A stretch of DNA of 63,957 nucleotides, counting the filler, from Guillardia theta CCMP2712 (taxonomy: Eukaryota > Protista > Cryptophyta), in assembly GCF_000315625.1 (NCBI RefSeq). It is 3 parts of 3 records of this genome, joined end to end, with 100 filler letters (N's around TTAATTAATTAA, not from the genome) between each part and the next. Parts side by side here need not be neighbours in the genome. Positions count along the whole stretch, not along the records: positions 31,560 to 55,276 come from NW_005434659.1; positions 55,377 to 63,957 come from NW_005434253.1; 1 more part is not named here. The stretch is one strand, 5' to 3'. Shown here one piece after another: positions 51,666 through 63,957 of the stretch. Each line of letters starts with the position of its first letter. Positions within the stretch are counted from its first letter, which is position 1. The notes beneath the pieces are model-generated. The model did not search any database. It saw nothing but the letters and a program-made list of their open reading frames with translations, and had not been told where the DNA came from. A program made the position numbers and the translations under genes.

Positions 51666-52219
51666 CATGGGTTACATGGGCTGGAGAATCATGTATAACA
51701 TGGATGCAGACATCAAACACCAGAGCAGGGATGCCGCAGCCTCAGTCACGGTGAAGTTGAGCTAGTGTCAAAAATACTGATCGAGCTGGATAAAGCCCGT
51801 TGCGGATACTAAAGGAGACCGTATGACAGACACGTGGCTTTCAGTTTCAATCTTGGACAGCTAGCTCCTCAAGTCGCCTACACCTAGTTCATGACGTGCT
51901 TGACGACCTTGAAACCCCATGTCGATTTTTGAACGAATGAAGATAGCAGACATCGTTGGGAGCACCCATTGACATTCATGATTCCATCTAGGCAGTCTTT
52001 GCAGCAGGACAGTCATACTGCTTGACTCAGAAGTCGGACATAGTGTTGCTGATCACAACATGCCGATGGCTGACCTCACTCTGTTTCGATTGACCTGTTC
52101 AGCACGTATATTGACAACTTACGTAGAGGAACTGATGATTCCGATCATCAGTAGGCGTCATTTCAAGTTTCATATTCTGGATAGCAAACTGCTTGAGATT
52201 ACGAGAGTAAAGCCTGATC

Positions 52220-52495
52220 TTTCTTCTCAACAGATAAGGAGAGCAGAGAACGAGTCAACGCGATCTTGAAAATCGTATTTCCATATGTGCCAACACTGCG
52301 AACGCGTGCCGTGGTTGGAGTTGGGATGGCATCAGTGATATACCACGAACAATTTATTCGAGAGATGATGCCAAGGAATCAACCCTTGTTTCGGACTACA
52401 CTTTTGTTGCAACCTGGTTTTGTACAGACCCTTGGGAAGCATGTCACGATAGAAGGTCATGATAAACGGCAAAATGTATATCTCCAGATGTGTGC
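52220..52495 (+). mobile_element. Crypton-like recombinase fragment, copy 3
   Basis: KIVFPYVPTLRTRAVVGVGMASVIYHEQFIREMMPRNQPLF. Confidence 0.5.
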
Positions 52496-52744
52496 CGAAT
52501 CTCTCTGTCGCTCTCACTCTCTGTCTGTGTCTGTCTCTGCCTCTACTTCTCTGTCTGTCTCTGTCTGTCTCTGTCTCTGTCTGTCTCTGTAGTATTTAGT
52601 TTTGTTTTTCTTCTCATGTTTTTCTCTTCGACTACAGTAATGAAACTGTTGCAAGAATATTCACCGCCGTCTGGGATCAGGAATGAAGTGAGGAACGAGG
52701 CTGCTGAGTCACAGCCAACTGACTCCGAGGACTCTCATAGTACT

Positions 52745-53450
52745 CTTTATTGACTGAAAAAGAAGGGCAAAGCGGAGCAAACAAAGGAGGGGGAGGATAA
52801 GGCCTACAAACCCGCCTCAATAAAATACTAGGAAACGAAGGAGGCAGCGAAAACCGGCACTCCAACCACGCAAGCGACGGCCGCATGCACTGCACGACAA
52901 GCAGGGGAACAAGGATCAGGACAAAGAGCAGTAGCGCAAGGCCCCTGCGAGGAGGACGGCAAGACCCATACGAGAGCGATACTGCCGAAACAGGCGAGCA
53001 CGCAAACGATGAAAGCCAGGGTCCCCATACACCGCCTCCTGAGCGCATCCATCCCACTCCGCTGTCAGCGTAGCTCCATGGTGATCCGCCAGGTACCAGA
53101 GAAACCGCAAAGCGTCAGCATGAAGAAGACCATCCGTACCTGCAGTGAAGGGAAGAAAGGCCTTTGGCGGGTGATGGGTGCCATAACTTGCGCGATGATC
53201 GGAAATCTTCTGTTGGGCGGGGCCGGAGAGCGCAGAAAGTCCGACGGGGCTGCCGCTGCTGTTGTAGGGATGTGTCATCGTGAAGTCCAGAACCAGCCCA
53301 TTCCAGGCGTGGGTGGAGAGGCCAGGGAGCCAAAGGTCGCCCATGTGTCGGTTGGTGGGGCCATGCTCGGAGGAACAAGGGTCCGGGTGTGTAGTAGTAT
53401 GAAAAGCCTGCGACTCGTCAATTTCCGCACAACACCGGGCATCCAGCTAA
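52745..53450 (-). mobile_element. 5'-truncated non-LTR retrotransposon with a restriction-like endonuclease (RLE) C-terminus, CRE-like
   Basis: RHMGDLWL..LVLDFTMTHP..AQQKISDH..FLPFTAGTDGLLHADALRFL..RSRMGLAV has the RLE pattern (R-x-[P/G]D, D-x-T, K, FxPF..G). It is followed by a 3' UTR with AATAAA at ~52751-52746. No RT domain is visible. Confidence 0.7.
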
Positions 53451-53611
53451 CAAGAATGAGCTAGAGCCGGGAGGGAGGGAGGGAGGGAGGGAGGGAGGGA
53501 AGTAGGCAGGCGGGCAGGCAGAGAAGGAGCATTGAGCAAGAAGCTATTCAATTCAGTGTGAGAGCCAGAAAGAGGACGTGAGAAGTATGAAACGCCTCGG
53601 ACAAGTAGGAG

Positions 53612-54970
53612 ATGAAGCCAAGGAAGCTTTCTAAGTGGAACGGGATCTCGCAGGTTCAAACTGACGACGTATCTGGCCAGGCAGAGCATAGAGCACCAAC
53701 CATGGTGGGAAGGCGGCAGATCTTGCACTGGCTCGGCGTCGACAGCCCTACGTCAAGGACTCTGCTTGTCCTCAAACTCGCAGTGTTCTTGGACATGGTC
53801 GGGGTAGGTCTATACGTTCCTCTGCTTCCCTTCTATTGGCGTGAGCTGGGGGTCAAGACCGAGCTGCTGGGTCTGGTGGCCTCAGTGTACCAGATCTCCC
53901 AGATAGTCAGCGGGGTGGTGCTGGGGTATGTTAGTGACCACATGTCGGGCAGGAAGAACATTCTCCTGCTCAGCTTCTTGGGGAGCGCAGTGTCGTACGC
54001 CCTTGCTGGGCTCTCGTACCAGAACTCTCTCATCTCCACCCTCGTGCTGAGCCGCTTCATCGTCGGGCTGGTAAAGCAGACCATGACCATCAGCAGGGCT
54101 ATCACGACTTCGCTCACCACCGACGAGGACAGGACTAGGTCCCTGTCGCATCTGCGCGCTTGCGCCACCCTCGCCTTCCTCGTTGGGCCCACCATGGGCG
54201 GCCTCCTCTCAAAGACCTTCAACAAGGCAGTACCAGCATACGCGGCTGCTGCGCTCTTCGTGCTCAATGCTCTAATGGTGCAGATCGTGCTCCCGAACGA
54301 CATCTCCTCGCATGCACACCCGGCCAAGGAGAAGAAGGAGGAGACGGAGGAGGAGGAGAAGAAGGAGGAGGAGAAACGCAAGACCCTCGTGCGAAGCAAC
54401 TCGACGGGCGCCGTGCAAGGGATCAGGGACTTGCTGGAGAAGGAGGGGCTGGGCAGCCTGACACTCATCAAGTTCCTCAACTCAGTCTTCGTGGCTGCCT
54501 GCCACGTGTTCTCATCCAAGTACGTAACGGAAAAATACGAGCTGGAGCCACACCACATGGGGTACCTCTCCTCTTACCAGTCTCTTGTCTCGCTAGCCTC
54601 TCAGACGGTACCGTCCGTGCTCCTTCTCCCCTCCCACTTACCCCTGACCTGCTTCCTTCCAGTACCTTGTCGCGGCCATCTCTAAGAGGTTTGGTGAGGA
54701 GAGGACACTGCAAGCCGCTTTCCTGGTAAGACTGAACGCCCAGTCTCTCCTCTTCCTCTCCTTCTCCTCTCCCTCTTCGCTCTTCGCTCACCACTCTCAC
54801 TACCACCATCACCTCCTCGACCGTCTTCTCCTCCTCGATCTTTCTCAGCTGCGAGCAGGTTTCCTGCATGGTCTCAGTGCTGGAAGGCTTCTCTCAGCAC
54901 ATCCTCATCTATGCTGCGCTGATCCCCATCCGCACTCTCTCTGGGGACCTCATCTCGCAGATGTTCGAGG
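53612..54970 (+). CDS. Major facilitator superfamily transporter (DHA1/TetA-like); 3' end lost in a gap
   Basis: Contains FLDMVGVGLYVPLLP, motif A GYVSDHMSGRKNILL, LSRFIVG and AFLVGPTMGGLL. Later exons read YLVAAISKRFGEERTL and ALIPIRTLSG. Confidence 0.85.
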
Positions 54971-55012
54971 TGCGGCTCTCAGAACTTTCGCTCCCCTTCC
55001 TGCCCAGACTTG

Positions 55013-55175
<163 letters not shown>

Positions 55176-55320
55176 GCGTGTCTCTCTGTGTGTGTGTGTG
55201 TCTCTCTCTGCCCCTCTATCAGCATGCTCCTCCTCCTCCTCCTCCTCCTCCTCCTCCTACTACTACTACTACTACTNNNNNNNNNNNNNNNNNNNNNNNN
55301 NNNNNNNNNNNNNNNNNNNN

Positions 55321-55332
55321 TTAATTAATTAA
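55321..55332. other. Artificial contig linker TTAATTAATTAA inside an N-run
   Basis: Same as 31504-31515. Confidence 0.9.
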
Positions 55333-55644
55333 NNNNNNNNNNNNNNNNNNNNNNNNNNNNNNNNNNNNNNNNNNNNGGCTAGTGGGGGGTAGGAGGGGTG
55401 GTAGGAAGGCTAGGGCCCGGGGTTTCTTACCACTGATTCAGGTTCAATCTCGGTACTAATGAAATGCTTTGAGTCACTACGGTACCATCAAAGGCGTTGA
55501 GTAAACTTGTCGAAGGCGAGGCGGACTCGCCTGGCTTCCGAGGCTGCCCAAGGTTGTCCGATCTATGCGATCAGTTCCAGTGATTGCGGGGCCCGGCAGC
55601 CGGGAGACTGCCCGGCATCCTGTGACCGGGCACTCAGTGTCGGA

Positions 55645-56205
55645 TCAGTTGCGCGCGGGGGGCCCCACTGTACGGTACTTGACGATCCCCCTTGTGACCT
55701 CGTTGACGAGGTTTATGTCACAGCCGCCCTCGCAAAGCCCCTCCATGCGGACCTCAACCCCTCTCTGCTGCTGCCCTCGACACATGCGAGACACGATCAC
55801 TGTCAGATCGTCCTTCTTCCCTATCATCGACCTATCCATCCTATTCTCCGTCCTCTCCCGCAGCCTTCCTCCAAGCCGCTCGACGAGGGCCCCGTCCCCG
55901 AAGTCACCGAGTACCTCCTCCGACATGGTCTCCAACGCCGATCTTCTCGCGCGGTCGTCTGAGCCCAGGTTCTCCCAGAAGCCGTCGCTTCCTGCCACGA
56001 TGATGTCGCCTGATCGCGCACACCTCTGCTGCAAGATCTCGTTCTTCCTGTCTCTGTACTGCCGCATGTGCCCTTGGTCCATCCCCGCCTGGTACGGAGG
56101 TCTCTCGCCGTTGACCCGCGGAGAATGGAAGCGAGGGGGCGACAGGTAGTCGCAGCGAACCCTGTACAGACATGTCAGCGACCCGCGGCTTGCTGTCAAG
56201 ACCAC

Positions 56206-56251
<46 letters not shown>

Positions 56252-57073
56252 CTGCGTGGAGAAGCGTCCAAGGTCAGCAGCGCCCACTGGCTGTCGCCCA
56301 GCTCGAGAGCATCGATCATGATCTCGTCCCTGCCTCTTCCCGGTGTGAGCCGAAGCGCTACCACAGTCGAAGACGCGATTTCGTGACAGCCAGAGGTCTG
56401 AGGCATGCGCATCCTCTGGATGCAGTACTCAAGCTTTTCAAAGAGATCGCCGTCCATGTTGACAGGCCTTGCCATGCTCTCTACAAGCTTCCTCGCAAAG
56501 ATCCCTGACCGATAGCCTCCCTCTCCTACCCCGTCACAGAGCACAGTCAAGCTGTCTTTGATCTCGAAGGCGTCATCATACGGCAGCCAACCGTGATAGC
56601 GAGGGTCCATGTGCTTGCCTGGCTTGCCCTTGAGGCCCACGTACGCCTCGCTGAAGATGCAGCTTCCAGGCTCTGGCCCAGGTGCCTGGGGCTTCGCCAG
56701 CCGCGGGTCACGGGCGGGCCGTGCGTACGGCCTGGCGACTGGGAGGTCAGCTCTGGAGCTTGGGGATGCTCCGCTCTGGGCTGGAGGGACGGCCAGATGA
56801 CTCTCTTGAGCAATCATGCCGTCTTGGAGCGCCATGCCGTGCATCTGCCGCATGGCTGTCTCGGGAGCTGTCCTCTGCTGCTGCTCGCTGTGTTGTTGCC
56901 TTGTACGGGGATGGAGCTGCGACAGCTCCTGCTGCCTCGCATGAAGGTCATCCTTGAGCCTTGCTATCATCTCCGACAACTGTTTGTTGAGCGTCTTCTC
57001 TTCCTGCAGAGCAGCCTGAGCATCTGCCCGCTTTGTCTGCTCGCGTGCGAGGCTGGCTTGAAGCGCTGTGAGG

Positions 57074-57115
<42 letters not shown>

Positions 57116-57666
57116 GCAGCTTGAGCCTCCAGCTCCATGCGTGTCTCTCGTTCACGGCTTAGCTCCGTCTGCAGTTTCTGTATGCAGGCCTCGAGGTCCC
57201 TGGTGGTGTCGATGGCTTGCTGGCGAGCTTGCTGGGCGGCAGCATGGGCTTGCCTCTCAGCCTCAAGGCTCTTGCGCAGCTCGTCAATCTGCTCCTTGGC
57301 TTTGCTTTGGGTCGTTTCTATCGCGCCGGCCATGTCCTGTACCTCTCCAAGGCCGTCTTGTAGCGCCTGTGCGTGTAGTTGCGACTGAGCGGCTTGCTTG
57401 TGGAGGGCGGACTGGGCGGTGCGCCGACACTTGAGCAGCAGCTCATGATACCTGACCGACTCGATCTGGTACTGCTTTGTCTTCTTGGTTTGATCTTCAA
57501 GCCTCTGCTCGAGTTGAAGGATCTCTAGCTTGAGCTCTTCCATGCCGAGCTCCTCGTCCTCACCGTCGGAGATGATGATGGCATCGCTCGCTTCATCCCC
57601 GGGCAGAGCGCCTGCGAGGCTGTCCTGATGGCTACCCGTCCTGCTTCGTTTCCTGCTTGGCAGCAT
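55645..57666 (-). CDS. Coiled-coil/polyQ + PP2C-family (PTC7-like) phosphatase, copy 1; one intron 56251-56162
   Basis: Metal-binding motifs YDDAF, LCDGVGEG, ASSTVV, LGDSQ, DIIVAGSDGFWENL and GKKDDLTVIV. The GTCAGA(GA)n...TACAG intron is 90 nt. The start is assumed at MLPSRKRS. Confidence 0.85.
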
Positions 57667-58143
57667 TCCAGTCTGATGAGAGCGGGTGGGAAAGTGCAAG
57701 GCGATTTTGTAGGGATGGACCGGGAAGTGGGGGATGGGAGAGGAAGGGGGTGGGGTGGTGACCGTGCTGGACAAACGCGTGGTGCTGAGAGGGAGAAAGA
57801 CGGGTGACCGCAGGTGAGTAGATCCGGAGAGGGTGGGGGTGGTATATGCTGTGAGAGTCTCTAGGCAGTAGGAGAGGCTAGTGGGGGGTAGGAGGAGTGG
57901 TAGGAAGGCTAGGGCCCGGGGTTTCTTACCACTGATTCAGGTTCAATCTCGGTACTAATGAAATGCTTTGAGTCACTACGGTACCATCAAAGGCGTTGAG
58001 TAAACTTGTCGAAGGCGAGGCGGACTCGCCTGGCTTCCGAGGCTGCCCAAGGTTGTCCGATCTATGCGATCAGTTCCAGTGATTGCGGGGCCCGGCAGCC
58101 GGGAGACTGCCCGGCATCCTGTGACCGGGCACTCAGTGTCGGA

Positions 58144-58704
58144 TCAGTTGCGCGCGGCGGGCCCCACTATACGGTACTTGACGATCCCCCTTGTGACCTC
58201 GTTGACGAGGTTTATGTCACAGCCGCCCTCGCAAAGCCCCTCCATGCGGACCTCAACCCCTCTCTGCTGCTGCCCTCGACACATGCGAGACACGATCACT
58301 GTCAGATCGTCCTTCTTCCCTATCATCGACCTATCCATCCTATTCTCCGTCCTCTCCCGCAGCCTTCCTCCAAGCCGCTCGACGAGGGCCCCGTCCCCGA
58401 AGTCACCGAGTACCTCCTCCGACATGGTCTCCAACGCCGATCTTCTCGCGCGGTCGTCTGAGCCCAGGTTCTCCCAGAAGCCGTCGCTTCCTGCCACGAT
58501 GATGTCGCCTGATCGCGCACACCTCTGCTGCAAGATCTCGTTCTTCCTGTCTCTGTACTGCCGCATGTGCCCTTGGTCCATCCCCGCCTGGTACGGAGGT
58601 CTCTCGCCGTTGACCCGCGGAGAATGGAAGCGAGGGGGCGACAGGTAGTCGCAGCGAACCCTGTACAGACATGTCAGCGACCCGCGGCTTGCTGTCAAGA
58701 CCAC

Positions 58705-58751
<47 letters not shown>

Positions 58752-58822
58752 GTCTCCCTGTCTCTGTCTCTCTGTCTCTCTCTGTCTCTCTCTGTCTCTC
58801 TGTCTGTCTCTCTCTCTCCCTT

Positions 58823-58876
<54 letters not shown>

Positions 58877-59698
58877 CTGCGTGGAGAAGCGTCCAAGGTC
58901 AGCAGCGCCCACTGGCTGTCGCCCAGCTCGAGAGCATCGATCATGATCTCGTCCCTGCCTCTTCCCGGTGTGAGCCGAAGCGCTACCACAGTCGAAGACG
59001 CGATGTCGTGACAGCCAGAGGTCTGAGGCATGCGCATCCTCTGGATGCAGTACTCAAGCTTTTCAAAGAGATCGCCGTCCATGTTGACAGGCCTTGCCAT
59101 GCTCTCTACAAGCTTCCTCGCAAAGATCCCTGACCGATAGCCTCCCTCTCCTACCCCGTCACAGAGCACAGTCAAGCTGTCTTTGATCTCGAAGGCGTCA
59201 TCATACGGCAGCCAACCGTGATAGCGAGGGTCCATGTGCTTGCCTGGCTTGCCCTTGAGGCCCACGTACGCCTCGCTGAAGATGCAGCTTCCAGGCTCTG
59301 GCCCAGGTGCCTGGGGCTTCGCCAGCCGCGGGTCACGGGCGGGCCGTGCGTACGGCCTGGCGACTGGGAGGTCAGCTCTGGAGCTTGGGGATGCTCCGCT
59401 CTGGGCTGGAGGGACGGCCAGATGACTCTCTTGAGCAATCATGCCGTCTTGGAGCGCCATGCCGTGCATCTGCCGCATGGCTGTCTCGGGAGCTGTCCTC
59501 TGCTGCTGCTCGCTGTGTTGTTGCCTTGTACGGGGATGGAGCTGCGACAGCTCCTGCTGCCTCGCATGAAGGTCATCCTTGAGCCTTGCTATCATCTCCG
59601 ACAACTGTTTGTTGAGCGTCTTCTCTTCCTGCAGAGCAGCCTGAGCATCTGCCCGCTTTGTCTGCTCGCGTGCGAGGCTGGCTTGAAGCGCTGTGAGG

Positions 59699-59740
<42 letters not shown>

Positions 59741-60279
59741 GCAGCTTGAGCCTCCAGCTCCATGCGTGTCTCTCGTTCACGGCTTAGCTCCGTCTGCAGT
59801 TTCTGTATGCAGGCCTCGAGGTCCCTGGTGGTGTCGATGGCTTGCTGGGCGGCAGCATGGGCTTGCCTCTCAGCCTCAAGGCTCTTGCGCAGCTCGTCAA
59901 TCTGCTCCTTGGCTTTGCTTTGGGTCGTTTCTATCGCGCCGGCCATGTCCTGTACCTCTCCAAGGCCGTCTTGTAGCGCCTGTGCGTGTAGTTGCGACTG
60001 AGCGGCTTGCTTGTGGAGGGCGGACTGGGCGGTGCGCCGACACTTGAGCAGCAGCTCATGATACCTGACCGACTCGATCTGGTACTGCTTTGTCTTCTTG
60101 GTTTGATCTTCAAGCCTCTGCTCGAGTTGAAGGATCTCTAGCTTGAGCTCTTCCATGCCGAGCTCCTCGTCCTCACCGTCGGAGATGATGATGGCATCGC
60201 TCGCTTCATCCCCGGGCAGAGCGCCTGCGAGGCTGTCCTGATGGCTACCCGTCCTGCTTCGTTTCCTGCTTGGCAGCAT
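58144..60279 (-). CDS. Coiled-coil + PP2C-family phosphatase, copy 2
   Basis: Near-identical to copy 1, with a 12-nt in-frame deletion (QARQ) and a longer intronic microsatellite. Confidence 0.85.
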
Positions 60280-60756
60280 TCCAGTCTGATGAGAGCGGGT
60301 GGGAAAGTGCAAGGCGATTTTGTAGGGATGGACCGGGAAGTGGGGGATGGGAGAGGAAGGGGGTGGGGTGGTGACCGTGCTGGACAAACGCGTGGTGCTG
60401 AGAGGGAGAAAGACGGGTGACCGCAGGTGAGTAGATCCGGAGAGGGTGGGGGTGGTATATGCTGTGAGAGTCTCTAGGCAGTAGGAGAGGCTAGTGGGGG
60501 GTAGGAGGGGTGGTAGGAAGGCTAGGGCCCGGGGTTTCTTACCACTGATTCAGGTTCAATCTCGGTACTAATGAAATGCTTTGAGTCACTACGGTACCAT
60601 CAAAGGCGTTGAGTAAACTTGTCGAAGGCGAGGCGGACTCGCCTGGCTTCCGAGGCTGCCCAAGGTTGTCCGATCTATGCGATCAGTTCCAGTGATTGCG
60701 GGGCCCGGCAGCCGGGAGACTGCCCGGCATCCTGTGACCGGGCACTCAGTGTCGGA

Positions 60757-61317
60757 TCAGTTGCGCGCGGCGGGCCCCACTGTACGGTACTTGACGATCC
60801 CCCTTGTGACCTCGTTGACGAGGTTTATGTCACAGCCGCCCTCGCAAAGCCCCTCCATGCGGACCTCAACCCCTCTCTGCTGCTGCCCTCGACACATGCG
60901 AGACACGATCACTGTCAGATCGTCCTTCTTCCCTATCATCGACCTATCCATCCTATTCTCCGTCCTCTCCCGCAGCCTTCCTCCAAGCCGCTCGACGAGG
61001 GCCCCGTCCCCGAAGTCACCGAGTACCTCCTCCGACATGGTCTCCAACGCCGATCTTCTCGCGCGGTCGTCTGAGCCCAGGTTCTCCCAGAAGCCGTCGC
61101 TTCCTGCCACGATGATGTCGCCTGATCGCGCACACCTCTGCTGCAAGATCTCGTTCTTCCTGTCTCTGTACTGCCGCATGTGCCCTTGGTCCATCCCCGC
61201 CTGGTACGGAGGTCTCTCGCCGTTGACCCGCGGAGAATGGAAGCGAGGGGGCGACAGGTAGTCGCAGCGAACCCTGTACAGACATGTCAGCGACCCGCGG
61301 CTTGCTGTCAAGACCAC

Positions 61318-61368
<51 letters not shown>

Positions 61369-61449
61369 GTCTCCCTGTCTCTGTCTCTCTGTCTCTCTCT
61401 GTCTCTCTCTGTCTCTCTCTGTCTCTCTGTCTGTCTCTCTCTCTCCCTT

Positions 61450-61499
<50 letters not shown>

Positions 61500-62901
61500 C
61501 TGCGTGGAGAAGCGTCCAAGGTCAGCAGCGCCCACTGGCTGTCCCCCAGCTCGAGAGCATCGATCATGATCTCGTCCCTGCCTCTTCCCGGTGTGAGCCG
61601 AAGCGCTACCACAGTCGAAGACGCGATGTCGTGACAGCCAGAGGTCTGAGGCATGCGCATCCTCTGGATGCAGTACTCAAGCTTTTCAAAGAGATCGCCG
61701 TCCATGTTGACAGGCCTTGCCATGCTCTCTACAAGCTTCCTCGCAAAGATCCCTGACCGATAGCCTCCCTCTCCTACCCCGTCACAGAGCACAGTCAAGC
61801 TGTCTTTGATCTCGAAGGCGTCATCATACGGCAGCCAACCGTGATAGCGAGGGTCCATGTGCTTGCCTGGCTTGCCCTTGAGGCCCACGTACGCCTCGCT
61901 GAAGATGCAGCTTCCAGGCTCTGGCCCAGGTGCCTGGGGCTTCGCCAGCCGCGGGTCACGGGCGGGCCGTGCGTACGGCCTGGCGACTGGGAGGTCAGCT
62001 CTGGAGCTTGGGGATGCTCCGCTCTGGGCTGGAGGGACGGCCAGATGACTCTCTTGAGCAATCATGCCGTCTTGGAGCGCCATGCCGTGCATCTGCCGCA
62101 TGGCTGTCTCGGGAGCTGTCCTCTGCTGCTGCTCGCTGTGTTGTTGCCTTGTACGGGGATGGAGCTGCGACAGCTCCTGCTGCCTCGCATGAAGGTCATC
62201 CTTGAGCCTTGCTATCATCTCCGACAACTGTTTGTTGAGCGTCTTCTCTTCCTGCAGAGCAGCCTGAGCATCTGCCCGCTTTGTCTGCTCGCGTGCGAGG
62301 CTGGCTTGAAGCGCTGTGAGGCGCTGCTGCTGCTGCTGCTGCTGCTGCTGCCTCCAGCTCCATGCGTGTCTCTCGTTCACGGCTTAGCTCCGTCTGCAGT
62401 TTCTGTATGCAGGCCTCGAGGTCCCTCGAGGTCCCTGGTGGTGTCGATGGCTTGCTGGCGAGCTTGCTGGGCGGCAGCATGGGCTTGCCTCTCAGCCTCA
62501 AGGCTCTTGCGCAGCTCGTCAATCTGCTCCTTGGCTTTGCTTTGGGTCGTTTCTATCGCGCCGGCCATGTCCTGTACCTCTCCAAGGCCGTCTTGTAGCG
62601 CCTGTGCGTGTAGTTGCGACTGAGCGGCTTGCTTGTGGAGGGCGGACTGGGCGGTGCGCCGACACTTGAGCAGCAGCTCATGATACCTGACCGACTCGAT
62701 CTGGTACTGCTTTGTCTTCTTGGTTTGATCTTCAAGCCTCTGCTCGAGTTGAAGGATCTCTAGCTTGAGCTCTTCCATGCCGAGCTCCTCGTCCTCACCG
62801 TCGGAGATGATGATGGCATCGCTCGCTTCATCCCCGGGCAGAGCGCCTGCGAGGCTGTCCTGATGGCTACCCGTCCTGCTTCGTTTCCTGCTCGGCAGCA
62901 T
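60757..62901 (-). pseudogene. Coiled-coil + PP2C-family phosphatase, copy 3, frameshifted
   Basis: A 10-nt duplication (GTCCCTCGAG, ~62421-62430) and a deletion at ~62350 split the coiled-coil region over three frames. Confidence 0.7.
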
Positions 62902-63380
62902 TCCAGTCTGATGAGAGCGGGTGGGAAAGTGCAAGGCGATTTTGTAGGGATGGACCGGGAAGTGGGGGATGGGAGAGGAAGGGGGTGGGGTGGTGACCGT
63001 GCTGGACAAACGCGTGGTGCTGAGAGGGAGAAAGACGGGTGACCGCAGGTGAGTAGATCCGGAGAGGGTGGGGGTGGTATATGCTGTGAGAGTCTCTAGG
63101 CAGTAGGAGAGGCTAGTGGGGGGTAGGAGGAGTGGTAGGAAGGCTAGGGCCCGGGGTTTCTTACCACTGCCATTCAGGTTCAATCTCGGTACTAATGAAA
63201 TGCTTTGAGTCACTACGGTACCATCAAAGGCGTTGAGTAAACTTGTCGAAGGCGAGGCGGACTCGCCTGGCTTCCGAGGCTGCCCAAGGTTGTCCGATCT
63301 ATGCGATCAGTTCCAGTGATTGCGGGGCCCGGCAGCCGGGAGACTGCCCGGCATCCTGTGACCGGGCACTCAGTGTCGGA

Positions 63381-63957
63381 TCAGTTGCGCGCGGGGGGCC
63401 CCACTGTACGGTACTTGACGATCCCCCTTGTGACCTCGTTGACGAGGTTTATGTCACAGCCGCCCTCGCAAAGCCCCTCCATGCGGACCTCAACCCCTCT
63501 CTGCTGCTGCCCTCGACACATGCGAGACACGATCACTGTCAGATCGTCCTTCTTCCCTATCATCGACCTATCCATCCTATTCTCCGTCCTCTCCCGCAGC
63601 CTTCCTCCAAGCCGCTCGACGAGGGCCCCGTCCCCGAAGTCACCGAGTACCTCCTCCGACATGGTCTCCAACGCCGATCTTCTCGCGCGGTCGTCTGAGC
63701 CCAGGTTCTCCCAGAAGCCGTCGCTTCCTGCCACGATGATGTCGCCTGATCGCGCACACCTCTGCTGCAAGATCTCGTTCTTCCTGTCTCTGTACTGCCG
63801 CATGTGCCCTTGGTCCATCCCCGCCTGGTACGGAGGTCTCTCGCCGTTGACCCGCGGAGAATGGAAGCGAGGGGGCGACAGGTAGTCGCAGCGAACCCTG
63901 TACAGACATGTCAGCGACCCGCGGCTTGCTGTCAAGACCACCCTTTCTCTCTCTCTC
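63381..63957 (-). CDS. PP2C-family phosphatase, copy 4, last exon only (window edge)
   Basis: Identical last-exon translation (DIIVAGSDGFWENL..GKKDDLTVIV). Confidence 0.8.
   Translation of the reverse strand, partial: RERERVVLTASRGSLTCLYRVRCDYLSPPRFHSPRVNGERPPYQAGMDQGHMRQYRDRKNEILQQRCARSGDIIVAGSDGFWENLGSDDRARRSALETMSEEVLGDFGDGALVERLGGRLRERTENRMDRSMIGKKDDLTVIVSRMCRGQQQRGVEVRMEGLCEGGCDINLVNEVTRGIVKYRTVGPPARN

Larger units (their letters stand above)
55377..63957. repeat. Tandem array, at least four ~2.5-2.6 kb units
   Basis: Homologous positions 55507, 58006, 60619 and 63243 give periods of 2499, 2613 and 2624 nt. The array is open at both ends. Confidence 0.95.

Noticed and set aside
55507-56149. 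Plus-strand ORFs (151 and 194 aa) repeated in each PP2C unit
   Set aside because: They are antisense shadows of the PP2C last exon and recur only because the unit is duplicated.
61260-61500. Frameshift at the (GA)n tract and RE-dipeptide stretch in the PP2C proteins
   Set aside because: The tract lies within a GT-AG intron, so the RERERE runs are not coding.

Overview
Eukaryotic, intron-rich nuclear DNA. Short GT-AG introns, microsatellite-filled introns and a 'KYGITPKAVRDIWNRRTW' HTH protein suggest a cryptophyte-like alga (inference). The window joins at least three contigs with artificial N-TTAATTAATTAA-N linkers (31504-31515, 55321-55332). The first half (1-31.4 kb) holds mostly ordinary spliced genes: UBE2H/UBC8-type E2, a Sfi1-repeat-like coiled-coil protein, a protein kinase, adenosine kinase, a PDZ/coiled-coil protein, WDR75/UTP17 and an alpha-kinase. 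It also holds a full-length, intron-containing Crypton-type tyrosine recombinase gene whose catalytic site looks disabled, and recurrent CpG-rich intergenic islands. The second half is dominated by two tandem arrays. One has three ~7.7-7.9 kb units, each encoding a Crinkler-like P-loop NTPase + PD-(D/E)xK nuclease whose N-terminal helical repeat header varies in length. These units also carry a Crypton-like remnant and, in copies 2 and 3, a retrotransposon-3'-end-like segment just upstream of the ATG. The other has four ~2.5-2.6 kb units encoding a coiled-coil + PP2C (PTC7-like) phosphatase. Between the arrays lie a 5'-truncated RLE-type non-LTR retrotransposon and an MFS transporter. Most ORFs in the supplied track are shadows of simple repeats. 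All family calls are by motif recognition; no searches were run.
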